Origin: Callorhinchus milii
Taxonomy: Eukaryota
NCBI RefSeq assembly: GCF_018977255.1
Contig: NW_024704743.1
Coordinates: forward strand, 41,914,001 to 41,978,000
Reading direction: 5' to 3'
DNA length: 64,000 nt
Each line of letters opens with the position of its first letter. Positions within the stretch are counted from its first letter, which is position 1. The notes below the pieces were generated by a model. It saw nothing but the letters and a program-made list of their open reading frames with translations, did no database searches and had not been told where the DNA came from. The position numbers and the translations under genes are program-made. This document shows, piece after piece, positions 1 through 12,556 of this stretch.

Positions 1-655
1 GGCATTTAAATGGGATTAAGGCACCAAAATGCTAAACAGTGTTTTGAGTGAGTTCCTTTGATAACTGGATTGTCTTTTCCAACCTTCATATAAAATTGAT
101 TCAATTCATGAACATTTCCTGAAATTTGGTAACTTTCATCTCAATTTTATTAAAGCTAGATTTTACCAAAAAATGTCTGTGAATTACTGCATTGCAATGC
201 ATTATTAAATGCCGTTTTAATTAATCACCTGGTCCATCTTATTTCTCCTGTGACAATCATCCAGCCTCTTGAAACTCAAAGCAGCCCACTAAAAGCCTAT
301 CATTTCATTCAGCAGTATGTTTCAACCAGTTAACACTTCAACAAAAAGTATTTTTACTTACCAATGTATTTTGTAAAATTGCTATATGTATTCAACAGCT
401 ATCAAATGTTCAGAGACAAACTGAACACATCAGTGAATGCACATGATGGATGTTACATTTGATGAGCTGTGAGGATTTGCTCCTGAGCATTGGACAAAAC
501 ATCTGAATTCATCAATTCACAGAGACTTCTTCAAATAGGTCATTGGACCATATGGAGCCTGTTAATCATTTCTAGGTATGCCTGAACTATTCTAATATTT
601 GTCCACGATTTTCCATTTTCTACCTCGTCCAGAGGTAATGGGGATGAGCTTCAGG

Positions 656-683
656 CCCCCCCCCCCCCCCCCCCCCCCCCCCC
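656..683. repeat. Poly-C homopolymer (C28; poly-G on minus strand)
   Basis: Uninterrupted run of C seen directly. Confidence 0.95.
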
Positions 684-1653
684 GCAAAGAAAGGCTACAT
701 GAAGGATAGTTACATACAGTGAGCTACAGTCATAATTCTCCCATCGTTTGCCAACAAAAAATTACAGTTACTACATGTTACTGTATTTTCAGTGATCACT
801 TTGAGATATCTTTCCGACATGAAAGAAGCTATATAAAATGTAAGGAATCATACTTCACCCTTCTCTCTTCTGGTTTATAAAGAGGAAAGGTTAAATACCA
901 AACAAATTCATTCCGTTTTAATAGAAAAAAACATAGAATAAAATGACTCCAAAAAGTAGCAAGAACAGTAGAGTGATTATCTTACATTTGTTGATGCACT
1001 ACATGGAGCAGAATAACAACTGATTTATTCTCAACCAAAATATATATCGTCTTGTCCATTAAAAGAATGCCAACGTTTTCAGAATGATTGTGGTTTGGTG
1101 TATAAAATCATCCATCAAGAGCTTGATCTTGAATTGAAGGAATATGCATTGATGCCATGGCCAGTAAAGATGATGGACTCCATTTATATGTATTACTACT
1201 TAAAGAAGTCAGAATAACAAAATGTTTTGTCATTTAAGTATAACCACAATTGGCGGCTTTTCTTTTAGCTTTTATGCTCCAAATCTCTCTGTTTATTATC
1301 TCTTTGCACGTCTTGAAGTACTCTGAGATGCTAGCCTGTGTGGAGGGCACTATATAAGTGCAAGTTGTTGTTGTTGTTGTCTTCAAATCCGGAAGACTTT
1401 TCTTTTCAACAATCCCTTCAGTTACCTCCCCTACCTTTTCAGCACGACATCAAGTCACCCCATTGTTAAGTGCTCTGAAACGCTACCCGCATGAAGGGTG
1501 CTATATAAACTCAAGTTGTTGTTATTGTATCTCTAGTGCCAAGATTAAAATTTTACACATTTGTGTTTAAGGTTTCCTATCAGATTGTTTTGATGGGTCA
1601 GTATATGTGGTGTTAACTGAACAAGTAACTGGACAAATCTTTCATCTTTGCAT

Positions 1654-1931
1654 TAATAATAATAATAATCCTTGCATTTGTTATAACGCTTTTTGCGTCT
1701 TCTCGACGTCTCAAGGCACTTCACAGAATAAACTGTAAAGTGAATTGACTGTATATTTGTGGGCGAACCGCGGCAGCCAATTGCGCACATAGTGTCCCAA
1801 AAACAGTCATGGATTGAAAATGACCAATTTATTATTGTTTTGTTTTGGAGGGATTATTATTAGGTGTGTGGAGTAAGGAAACTTGCCCAAGGTTTCGCCC
1901 TGCCTGGAATTGAACCAGGTCTCTCACATGC
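1654..1931 (-). mobile_element. Young tRNA-Ala/Deu-type SINE, 5'-truncated
   Basis: Reverse complement matches the full copy at 22799-23127: (ATT)n tail, L2-like 3' end, core gcaattggctgccgcg, B-box ggttcaattcc. Confidence 0.92.
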
Positions 1932-2309
1932 CCGGTTCCTTAATGAAAACATGTCATTATCAGATTTTTTCAATCCTGATCACACTGTTCCTCATCTAGG
2001 ATAATGATAGCATAGCAACCAGGAAAGGGCAAAATTTTGTGTTCCAGAGCTTTTCTTTGCTTTGTGAAGAGTTCATTCACTGAACACCATTTCTGCAAAC
2101 CTTTTTAAGAATATGAAAGGTTCAGTGTGCCCCACTGTAATGGGATTAATGTTATCAATTATTATTTTACCAAACTGATTTTGCAATCCACTTTCAATGC
2201 CAGAAACACATGTTGGACACTTTTGATCCTTGATCCCATCCGATGGGCAAGTAAATCCTAGCAGTACTACAATTTTTCGATATTTGTTGTTACATATCTG
2301 ACCAATATA

Positions 2310-2492
2310 CAATTTTTTTTTACTTAGAGGGTAATTGATGATTGGAACAGGTTGCTAAGATGGATAGTTGATGTCAGCACAAGGGACCCATTTAAAAAGC
2401 AGCTTGATATTGTGATGGGAGGATGGGTATTCTGAAGGGCTGAAGGCAAATGAGCTGAAGGCCCTTCTTCATTCAAACAAATTTTATAATTG
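2310..2492 (+). mobile_element. CR1 LINE 3' end fragment
   Basis: ttttacttagagggtaatt..tggaacaggttgc..tttaaaaagcagcttgat resembles the CR1 ORF2 end and 3'UTR. Confidence 0.65.
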
Positions 2493-3399
2493 TGCAAGGT
2501 GACCTATTAACGGTTACTTTAAATGCTTTGCTTCATTGCATCTTTGTTGCAAGTTGTGCTTTCAAACCCCAACAGTTTACATTTATTAGTGTTGCATTAA
2601 GTGAAGATTTATCATTCTTTGTTACTATATGTTCTATTCCTCCAAAGTTTAACATTCTCTCTAATTGGAACATTAGCTTATTAATTCCCAGTATTTTTCA
2701 GCATTTCCCAGAAGATAAGAGGTTCTCATGTGCAGTGATAATGACACCCGCCAGCTCATCCAGCTGCTTTTGACTCTCAGGAGATTTCTCCAATTTAATT
2801 TGTGGTTCCACTACTTGTTCAACCTCAGTAGATATGTCACGACCAACTGAGCTTTCCGAAGCATGGCTGCTCAATTGATTTTCTCCCCCAGTCAACTCAG
2901 TTTGTAAACATTTCTCCAGGTAATGAGTGAATTGCATAATTCTGCAGTTGCTGGGAATTTTCAGTAGTTTTGTGGGTTTAATAATAACAATCCTTACATT
3001 TGGTAAAGTGGCTTCCATGTCAGGAGGACATCCCAAAATGCTTCGCAGGATATACTGTAAATTATATTAACTGTGTGTTTTGTAGGGTAACATTACTCAG
3101 TATGTTACTCAGTATACCCCTGAAGAGAGGGGAGAGTCTATTGCTGCTTCTGTAAGTTACAAACCCACGTGAACCCAAAAGTATCATAGCATTCTAGATA
3201 ATCTTTATTATAAACTTTTCACATAGTAATTGTGAAGTTATTCATTGATGAGCTCCCCAGTCTGTAAAACTAATCCAATCCCTTGCACTATTGAATCCAG
3301 AGAGACACTGACATGCACCACAAGGATAACTTATGATCAATTCAGTGGCTTTCACTAAAACAACAAATCTAGGAGTTATGGCTTAGTTCAATACTCCAT

Positions 3400-3590
3400 G
3401 TCAAATTGAGTAATACAGCCTAGGAAAATTCTTGATTCAATCTCCAATACATTCTGACTTATCTGAGCTCAGTGAAGACAGCAGTGAAGGAGTAATTACT
3501 GGCCTCAGCTGCAGATAGGTAAGGTGTTATGCTCTTGATTAAGATCAAGTGAACTTTGTTGGAACATATGGATCAGTAGATGCTAGATAT
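3400..3590 (+). mobile_element. Ancient tRNA-derived SINE, degenerate
   Basis: Diverged similarity to 15840-16081 (B-box-like gattcaatctcc, then ctggcctcag). Confidence 0.4.
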
Positions 3591-4073
3591 TGTTTGTTTA
3601 CAAAATACAGTCACCACACCCTACACAGTACATTCTGTGAAAAACTTTGAGATGCCTCGAAGAGGTGATAAGGCGCTATATCAAATGCAAGGATTATTAT
3701 TATTTTAGATCAGAATAAGTTCTGATGTCCAAAGATTAAATTGAGAGACAGCACACACCCCTTGATTGAGCTACCTAAGATGCTATTGCCCATAAAATCA
3801 CTACCCATCACTTCAGGAAAATAGTGGGCAAAAGTACAAGGCCAGGTTATTAAACCCCAATGGTTGTGATGAGGTAGAATAAGATTCTTACATGGAAATG
3901 ATTGATTTAATGGCCACATCCATGATCTCAAATGCACAATGCAATTTGGATTTAAATCATCTAAGATTCTGATCAGCAAGTATAGACCTCAATTACAAAA
4001 GAATACAGCAGAATTTAGAGCCAGCTGATGAGCTTTGAAAATAAATAAATTCATGTAGTTCGGCTAATATTCC

Positions 4074-4410
4074 AATAATAATAATAATAATCCTTGCATT
4101 TGATACATCTCAAATGACTTCACAGAATATACTGTGAAGTGAATTGACTATATTTTGTGGGCGAAGAGCAATAGCCAATTGTGCACAATAGTGCCCACAA
4201 ACAGTCGTGGATTGAGTGGCCGAATTTTTTAAAGGGATTATTATCCCTGGAAAAGTGATCTGCCAATCAACTAACAACCGGCTTCCTAAACACTGCTAGG
4301 TAAGTTTGTGGAGTAAAAAACTTGCCTAAGGTTTCGCCCTGCCCAAGAATAGACCCCAGGTCTCTTGCTTGCAAGGTGAGTTCTCTAACCATTAAACTAC
4401 AGGACTCCAC
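4074..4410 (-). mobile_element. Young tRNA-Ala/Deu-type SINE, full length, subfamily with ~60-bp internal insert
   Basis: Head (ctacaggactccac on +) through (ATT)n tail; extra segment ~4245-4308 shared with copies at 34081 and 50091. Confidence 0.92.
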
Positions 4411-4625
4411 TGATTGTGGTGCCGCTCTACATTATTGGAGATGCCATCCTTTGGATGAGACTTTAGATCGAGGTCCTAACAATTCCCCAAAGCTGTTTGT
4501 GTGACATTGTTGTACATAGATTTGGCTGTCACATTTGCTTACAATATAAACAATTGCTGCACTTTACAGTAAATCCTGTGAACGACTTTGACCTCTGATA
4601 TGAAAGATACTGCATCAAATGAACA
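4411..4625 (+). mobile_element. Old DeuSINE-like element (3' portion, interrupted by the young SINE)
   Basis: ggagatgccatcctttggatgagac..gaggtcc..ctgtttgtg..ttggctg matches the other old SINE copies. Confidence 0.7.
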
Positions 4626-6043
4626 GAGTCAAGGTCCAAATATGACTATTGCCCTCCCCCTCCCACACCTGAGGGGCAAGTTGGTATTGCAGGATCTGGA
4701 AGATAAATCCAGAAGAAACAGGATCTGAGAGCTAAGGAATTCCTGCTGATTGATCTGAAGATGTTCATTAATAAAAGATATCTCAACTTGAGCTCCAAAA
4801 TGTTTCCCCAACAACCTGGGGATTCAAAGAGCTAAGAAATTAGATTCATTCACAGAGGAAAGTACAACCATAATAAAAATACTGAAGTGCAAAAAAAAAG
4901 GCTTCAAGATCTTAACTTTAAATCCTGGAACTCAAATATATTTTCTAAGTACCACAGATTCATATATTTCTCTGATTATTTTTCTGTGTCCAATCTTCTT
5001 GGGATTTAGCCAGACGCGCAGACTGCCATCCGTGCTGCTCTCAGCCCAACTGCTAGATCTGGAGGTGCTAAAAGAAATTCTGGCATGACCATTTCTCCAA
5101 TCTACCTGCTGTCCTGTTGTTCAGTGACTGACTTCCTCTCATAGCAGCATGATTAAGATTGGCAGGTCAGCCCTGTGTCAGTCCACTGGCATAAACCAAA
5201 ATCTCACTGCTAGGTGAGACCACACACAGCACCACTGCTATCACACTGCTCTTGTAACTTCATTTTTCAACACAAAATCCAGTACGAGGCTTACGTACAA
5301 CTGCATCATGAGGAAATTCACAATGAACCTGTCTTAGCAGGCTCTCAGTCAAAGCATTAAAAAATTATTGTAGCTCTCAGCTTTGCTGTAAAAATTATTG
5401 TAGGTCTTATGATCCTGTTTTTCTTCAAAACTGTATATAACCACAGTTTAAGTTCAATCATTTGCATGTCAACACTCACAACTGGAATAAACAAATTTCC
5501 ATTTTGTAACATAACTGAAGAAATATTTCTGTTAAAAGAAAGGGAAGTAAATATGACAAAGCTCTTTTAAACTGGGTTCTGGTTACTGCTGTTGAAATGA
5601 TATGGTTTACATTTTGATCTGAGTATTGCAAGACAAAATATATTGTCAGATGCAGAATCTAATTATATGTACAGCAGCCGTCAACATAATTCCAAGGACA
5701 AACAATACAATGGGGACATACAGCGTATTCAGCTTTTACTCTGCTTTTTCACTCCTGGTTAGAAATTAAACTGGAAAACATTGTTCGGCAGTATCATTGT
5801 GAAGAAAAAGCAGATGTTATCTTTATCTGTAATGATCAAAAGGATTTTAAAAATTTAGTAAAATTGAACTTGAGGTTCTGATTCAACGTTTTGGGATGTC
5901 CTTCTGATGTGAAAGGCACTATACACATGTAATTTGTTGTTGTTCCTGATTCAGAAAGACTGTATTTCAAGACTTCTCTAACGCCTCAAATTTCTCAGTC
6001 TTAACATTAAGGCTTTACGACCATTATCTTACAGTACAGGATT

Positions 6044-6166
6044 CTGCGGAATTTTGGAAAACATTCTTAAATTCAGTTTTAATTTTGAAGTTTTTTATCC
6101 CCAAAATATGGAAAATTATTTTCAAAATTAAGACTAAGTTTAAATTTTTTCCAAATTTCCACATGA
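6044..6166. mobile_element. AT-rich palindromic (MITE-like) element
   Basis: Arms 6044-6089 and 6121-6166 are approximate reverse complements; related copies elsewhere in window. Confidence 0.6.
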
Positions 6167-6889
6167 TACAAAGACCTCCAGGTTATGACCATGAGAATTT
6201 TGGGCCTCTGAAGCCAAAGTCCCCCAAAAATTACTGAAATAAAAATGCTGCTGGTCTTATAGCCTAAATCACTCAACTACAATAAATGTATTGATAAGAA
6301 CCATCTTCAGTGAGCTTTGTTTGTGATGATCTATGTGATATAAACCATGTGACTATCTTCCTTACGGGAAGTGAGGAGGTTAGTGGTTAACATAACTCAA
6401 GAAATATTTATCGTAGAAAGAAAGGGAAGGAAGTATGATGAAGCTCTTTCAATCAGGGTTCTGATTACTAGTGTCTCCTCGGGGCTGAGCTGGCTCCAAG
6501 GTGAAATGCTTGGCAAAGGGATGTTCAAATCTCTAGTGCTCTCGGTGACCAGTTCCGGAGCCAGGCATGGTTGCAGTACTCCAGGGAAATGTTAATTACT
6601 GATCAGTCAACATGGCACATCAGTGAGCTTGTGAGAAGCACACTGAGGCAGGGTCTCTTTCCACCCAGCTTCTGTTAACCCTCTATACGAAAGCAATTAA
6701 TGGGTAGGGTCGGCCCTAGCTAAACACACAGCACAGAGATGCTCCCAAAGCTATGCAGTTGTTTAAATTCCAGCAGCTCCCCATCACATGCTCTAAGTCC
6801 CCAAAACTTTGGTTCTTACCAACACGTGCCTAATACTCTTCAGAATAATTAGGTAAACAGGCTGCGTCCCTCCAAGGAGAGAGAATTAA

Positions 6890-7054
6890 TTGATGAATTT
6901 GGAGGATTGTTGGCCAGGAATTTTCCTTGCCTTTTTGAATACTGTCAGATAGATAAATCCTCAGTTCAACATCTCAACCAAAAGGTGAAACATTCACCAA
7001 TGCTGCACTCTAACGTAGTCTGTGAGCTGAAGGTCCAAAGTGGAGCTTGAACCC
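6890..7054 (-). mobile_element. Old DeuSINE-like fragment
   Basis: ggaggattgttggccagg..tttttgaata..cagttcaacatctca..aatgctgcactc is the reverse complement of the old SINE core. Confidence 0.65.
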
Positions 7055-7455
7055 ATAACAAGCTCCACTGGCTCCCAATTACTGAACGAATCCAATTCAA
7101 GATCCTCTCACTCGTTTTCAAATCCCTTTGTGCCCTCGGATCCAATCTCCAGCCCCACAACCTGCTCGGCTGGCTCCAGCCTCCGGTTTGTCCTTCGTCT
7201 CCTCTGCTCCATCATCGGTGGCCGTGCCTTTAGCGACTACATTCCGAAGCACTTAACCTCTCTCCCTCAATCCCTCTGCCTTGCCACCTCCCTCCCCACT
7301 TTTAAATCCCCCTAACGACATTCCTTTTTGATCGTGCTTATGGTCACCTCCCTCTCTCCCTGGCTTGGTGTCAGACTCCGCCAATGCCAAACCTCCCCAG
7401 GATGCTATCCCACGTGAAAAGAGCTAGATAAATGCAATTTCTTGTTGTTATTGTT
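7055..7455 (+). mobile_element. L2 LINE 3' fragment
   Basis: LHWLPI..RIQFKIL and IGGRAFS motifs; ends aaatgcaa..(gtt)n. Confidence 0.9.
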
Positions 7456-9099
7456 ATTATCCTGTAAAGCGTTTTGAAAAGTCTGAATGATAAGGCACTA
7501 TATCAACTGCAATGATTATTATTATTATTAGTATACTCCTAATTGAATAAAGCGTTATGAAATATTTCAAATTTTACACATATGCAATCATTTGTTTGGT
7601 TAAGTCAAGCTGTGGATATACATTTAATTGTTAAGTTAAATAAAAGCATTTTACTTTAATTGGCATTAAAACAAAATTTGTTTGTACTATTTGTCTGCAT
7701 ATCTCAAAAATGGAATAAAGTACAATAAGTATTTTATAATTTGTCCATTAGTGATTAATTTCAGAAGCCATTACATTAGGCATTAAAATTAGAAAGTATA
7801 AATGAAAGAATAGATGTTCTGGTGGAACGATTTTCTGAGGTAATGTAAACTATTTAATACTTTATCTTTGTTTTGCCTTGCTGAAAATCATTCATTTTGA
7901 GTAGTGCTCTACATGATAGAAAACATTGGTAAAAAGTTCTGTATTCCATTAACAGAAATACAGTTAAATCCTGATTAATTTGTTTGTCACTACCTATAAT
8001 AAGGATTTCATTCCACTGGGAATGATTCAAGCATGTCAGCACATGGTAAGAGAATAAATGGGAATGGTACACATTCAGATTTTATGCTTGAATCAGGAAT
8101 GTATTTATGCAGGCTTTATTTTACACACTTCCAGGGTATTCACAGAGTGTGGCTGCTCTACTGCAGTTTTATAAATTCATTATACTGCTATGTATCAGAG
8201 AGAGCGCATAGCTTCAATTTTGTTTTAAAAAATATTCAATGCTGAATAACTCACTCTGCTTTCGGCAAAGTTTTGTGACTAAAGTTTCCAAAGTAATATT
8301 AATGGGTCCCTCAGGCTTTTGAATCTTGCTTCCAACTATTATAAGCCTTGCTTGGCTAGCCACAGGCCCACTTGGTCACTGGGAAATTTTTGGCTACAAA
8401 ACCAAAGTCATCAATTTTCTCATCCAAGGATCTCACAGAAAATACAGGCTTTTTGCGTCAGCTGTTGCATAATTGCAATACTTGAACCATCGGTATCATG
8501 AGTCAAAGGATTACAACAGTTGCTGTTTCGAAGAAAAAAAAGGTTTAAAGTATTGACATGGATTATGAAGACATTTACAACAGCTGTTTCTCAGCGTGTG
8601 TAAATCATCGTAAGTGGATTTTGCAACTAATTCACCAGATGGTGATAAAATATTACTGGTGCTGCATATTAAAATCATGGTGAACCAGCATCTGGCCATG
8701 TGTACAGCTAAAGGCATACTGTAATGAATTCTCAAATCCATAATCCATTGTCTTGTTGCTGTCAGTTTCTCTTCAGTGTTAATATGGATGGGGTGCTGAG
8801 GTTCTTTCCATTCCTCTGAGGTCCCTGTGCTTTCTGAATACCTTCCAGCACAATGCACCTCCGTCTTATTTTATAAAAGCCCTTAAATTCCCTTGAGACA
8901 TGGCAACATAATTCTGCAACTTTGTAGTTACATTGCATTAAGTAGTAAAATAAAACAATCTTTGTATCAGCGCATGGGGACATCCTCCCGACGTGAAAGG
9001 TGTTATACAAATATAATTTTGTTGTTGTGGTTGTTGTAGTAAAGGCAAAGTAGGAGTATGTTCTACATAAATTATGTCAATTTTTTTTCTGAACATACA

Positions 9100-10112
9100 G
9101 GACATCATAAACCTCTCTGTCTCCTATTCACGTAAGTCACCATGGTATACGCCAGCCACCTTCCGCTCCCTTAAAGCACTGGTGCAGGCCACTGAACGCA
9201 CCTGGCTTAAATCAAAGTTATCGGTCCATCGGCAGATCTGGCTGGACCATATCAAATCCTACTGCTCAGCCCATCCTCACCTTAAATGCCAACTGTGAGG
9301 CGATGCTAGAATTCCTCGAATCCAAAGTCGAGGGAATCCGCTCAGCTGCCTCAGCCATACCATCTGCTAATCCCTCCCCATCTTCCCCTCCCACCCCAGC
9401 CCCTACCCATCCCTCCCTCCACACCTTCGAACCTGTCTCCCCATCCTCACTCATCACCACTATAAACCGTATGAAGCTGACCACCTGCTTCCTCGATCCC
9501 ATCGCTACCCCTCTCCTTACCTCCCAGCTCGAGTTCCTTGCCCCTCTACTCACTGACATCATAAACCTCTTCCTGTCCTCTGGCACTGTTCCCACCCCAT
9601 TAACACACACCATCATCACTCCTATCCTTAAAAAGCCCTCCCCAGGCCCTTGTCTATTCCCAAACTACCGCCCCATCTCCAACCTCCCTTTCCCTCTCCA
9701 AGGTCCTGAAACAAGTTGTTGCTTCCCAGCTTTGCTCCTTCCTCTTCCGCCACTCCCAATCGGGTTTTCATGCTCCCCCCTACCTCAGCAACCTCCTAAC
9801 CTCCTACTTTTCTGCTCGCTCCCTCCGCTTAGCGGGCTCCAGCCTGCTTCACGTCCCTCGCCTCACTCGTCCCATTATTGGCGGGCGGGCTTTCTGCCAC
9901 TCTGCCCCCACCCTCTGGAACACCATCCCGCAGTTCCTCTGCCTCGCCCCTCCCTTGCCTCCTTCAAGATCCATCTCAAGACCCTCCTCTTCGACCTTGC
10001 TTGCCCCATTGCCCTCCACCCTCCCGACTCCAACCCCAGCTTGGGTCCAAAACTCTGTCTATCTAGCGCCGTAATAAGGCACTATATCAAATGCAAGGAT
10101 TATTATTATTAT
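9100..10112 (+). mobile_element. L2 LINE fragment with large internal deletion
   Basis: ORF 9303-10139 carries TTCFLDPI, IINLFLSSGTVP, ITPILKKP, NYRPISNLPF, then jumps to the 3' FKIHLKTLLF; central RT motifs absent. Confidence 0.92.
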
Positions 10113-10744
10113 AATATCAATACTGGGATTTCGTCTTAATTCAATCCAGTGAAGCAGCACTCAAAGGCCCGTTCCTAATCCAGGAACAATAAATGGATCC
10201 ATAAAGCGGGAAACTAAGATGGTATTCCTGAGATCATGGAATCATACATCTGACTTTGTTCTGAATTGTTCTGAAGTCTGGGGATGGGGATGGGGGTTCC
10301 ACACCACACAACCAGTCTTTCAGAATTGATGGAGAAAGGTGCTGTTTCATGACAGATTCAATGATACATGTAGTATTCAGTGATTCCATAATGAAGCTTC
10401 GCATTTTCTTCCTGTTAACAAGAGGATTTTTAGAAAGGTTTAGAGTTTGTTTTTACGCATAAAACAATACGTTTGGAACATGTAGGGGAACAATTGCAAT
10501 TTCTATTCAGTTTTCTTACACTCGGATTCAACATTGCAACCCCAAGTATTGCTAAGCTTCTCTTTGTTCAAAGTTAGAAATAAAAAATATTCTGTCCCCT
10601 TACATTGTGGTACGTACTTGTTAAACTTTATTCAGGAGTCACCAGGGAGAATTCTGCCACCATCTCACATTTTCAAAGAAACATGCTCCTGTATCTCATA
10701 AATCAATCATAAAGGAAAGGAGATGAAAAGCCTAGTAGTTGAAC

Positions 10745-11160
10745 AAGTGCTTTGTGGCCAAAGATGTTTAGCTCTTTCAGGCAGGGCTGAGTTATATGGA
10801 AAATGTTCAGCATCAACTGCTGAGTGTAACCATTTCTGCAATTGCTTCTGATTTGTTCAGACAGCAAGATACTATAATGCATCCTGTGATGAGTCCCATT
10901 ATAATGAATAACCAACCAAAATCTAGGGTAACAGATATTCATACATTAACACACATCTCATTTGCCCTCCAGGCAGGAGAATGTTACCTTGTATTCAAAG
11001 ATATTATTCAACACATTCTTGCTTGGAGTATGTTAACTGATATCATTGGTTCAATTTTTTTAAATAAGATGCTTCTATTATCTGGCAGAAAGCATTTTCT
11101 GGGACAAAACATATGTTGTAAAAATGTGCATTAATGGAATGTTTAACTAAAAGCAGAATG
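10745..11160 (+). repeat. Old local duplication, copy 1
   Basis: Collinear shared blocks with 12557-12960 (aataaccaac, attcatacattaa, ttgccctccaggcagga, aactgatatcattggttcaattt, agaaagcat). Confidence 0.85.
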
Positions 11161-11504
11161 GCCGATATTACACCAAATTATGGCATTTCTATTTAATAAT
11201 GAAGGGCTGGAATGTAACACATCTCATTATTAGTTTAAATGAGTATTCAGAGCTATTGGGCATCTATTTCAGCTTTGGGAAAACCAAAGTCATGTACAAC
11301 TCTATTCCCTCACCTCCATTAAATAGCCAGAGGCCACATATATAATGACAAATTACCTTCAGTGCTGTAGCTCCAGCACTTACAATGGCAAGAAATCCTC
11401 TGCAAAGACTGAAATGGTATCAGACATGTACAAATGTACATCTGCTCGTCTTTTCATAAAATATGCTCAGTTAGGTCTACAGGAGATTTGGTACCATTTG
11501 TTAC

Positions 11505-11790
11505 AAGATCACAAAAAAGGTTCAGATGAAGAATACATTTGGCCCATTTGATTTCATCCTTCCAGAATAACTACCTTACCATGTTTCCATTACAGTAATA
11601 AGCTGCTTTTTCAATGTCCAATGTTCTTACTTCAAACACCCATTCTACCTTTAGTGTTTTGTCTTTTCATGAAATGTGAGCCCACTTTGAGATTAATAAG
11701 GATTTTTTGTAGTTAAATCTCCATACATGGACTTATAATCAGCTTCCTGGCCCATACCAGTTTAAAGTAATTTTCATGCTTTTATTCCAC
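11505..11790 (-). mobile_element. CR1 3' fragment, degenerate
   Basis: acaagatcacaaaaaagg..catttggccc..tttcaatgtcc..ccagtttaaagtaa pattern of a reversed CR1 3' end. Confidence 0.5.
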
Positions 11791-11989
11791 TGGCTGTCTG
11801 GCAGGTCGAACAAATGTTGAAGCGGAACAGCGATTAAAGGTAAGATCTTAAAAAGCAAAAGTGCCATTAATTAAGGAAGAGAATTTGTGGTGTTCCTTTA
11901 TGCTTACTTAGACAAGGAATGTGTTAAGGAACACCACAATTTTGTCCCATAGTTCTTAAAGTAACAAAACTTTCAAGAGTTGTGAATGA

Positions 11990-12330
11990 TCTCAATGGTC
12001 TCGCTGAATGCTGTGGGCTCAAGCCCCACATTGGGAATTTTGAACACATACCATCACAACTGACACTCCAATTGGGGGTGGGCTGCATTGCTGGAGGATG
12101 TACTTCAGATGAAACATTAAATCGAGGACCTGTTATCTATCATTTCAGGTAGATGTTAACAATTCTGTGGCATTATTTGAAAAGAGAAGGGAGTTTCTCC
12201 CCTTGCCCTGACCAACAATTGTTCTGATAAAGTTTGGTCACTCATTTCAATGGCTGTTTGTGGGAGTTGGCGGTGTACAAATGACTATGTTTGCTGAGGA
12301 AAAAAGTCAGTCTTTAGGTTACAGTGAATC
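11990..12330 (+). mobile_element. Old DeuSINE-like element
   Basis: gggctcaagcccc..ctgacactcc..cagatgaaacattaaatcgagg..ggctgtttgtggga. Confidence 0.8.
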
Positions 12331-12556
12331 CTGCATTATTATTATAATTCTATTAATAATAATAATTACATCATTAATAATAATCTAATAATAAAGAACA
12401 TAGAAAGCCTGTAAATTGCACAAGGTGACCATTTTCCCACCAAGTGTGCAATATAAAGAGTGCAGAAATAATTAATGTTGACTTAGGTATAGAACAGTTT
12501 ATTTCAATACAGTGTAGCTTTTTGTTCAATCAATCAGTGCACATTGTGTATAACTG

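Noticed and set aside
355..423. Minus-strand exon ending at a strong donor (CATTG|gtaagt)
   Set aside because: Stops in all three frames from the acceptor tested (421-423); likely a cryptic site
3870..3890. let-7-like tgaggtag
   Set aside because: Only the seed matches; the rest of the mature sequence and the hairpin are absent
8511..8858. 115-aa minus-strand ORF
   Set aside because: No recognisable homology or flanking splice signals
9303..10139. 278-aa ORF as a host gene
   Set aside because: Decayed L2 ORF2 with frameshifts and a deletion; stays open because of C-rich composition
10796..11134. 112-aa ORF in the duplicated block as a coding paralog pair
   Set aside because: The second copy has indels and stops in the homologous frames checked on both strands
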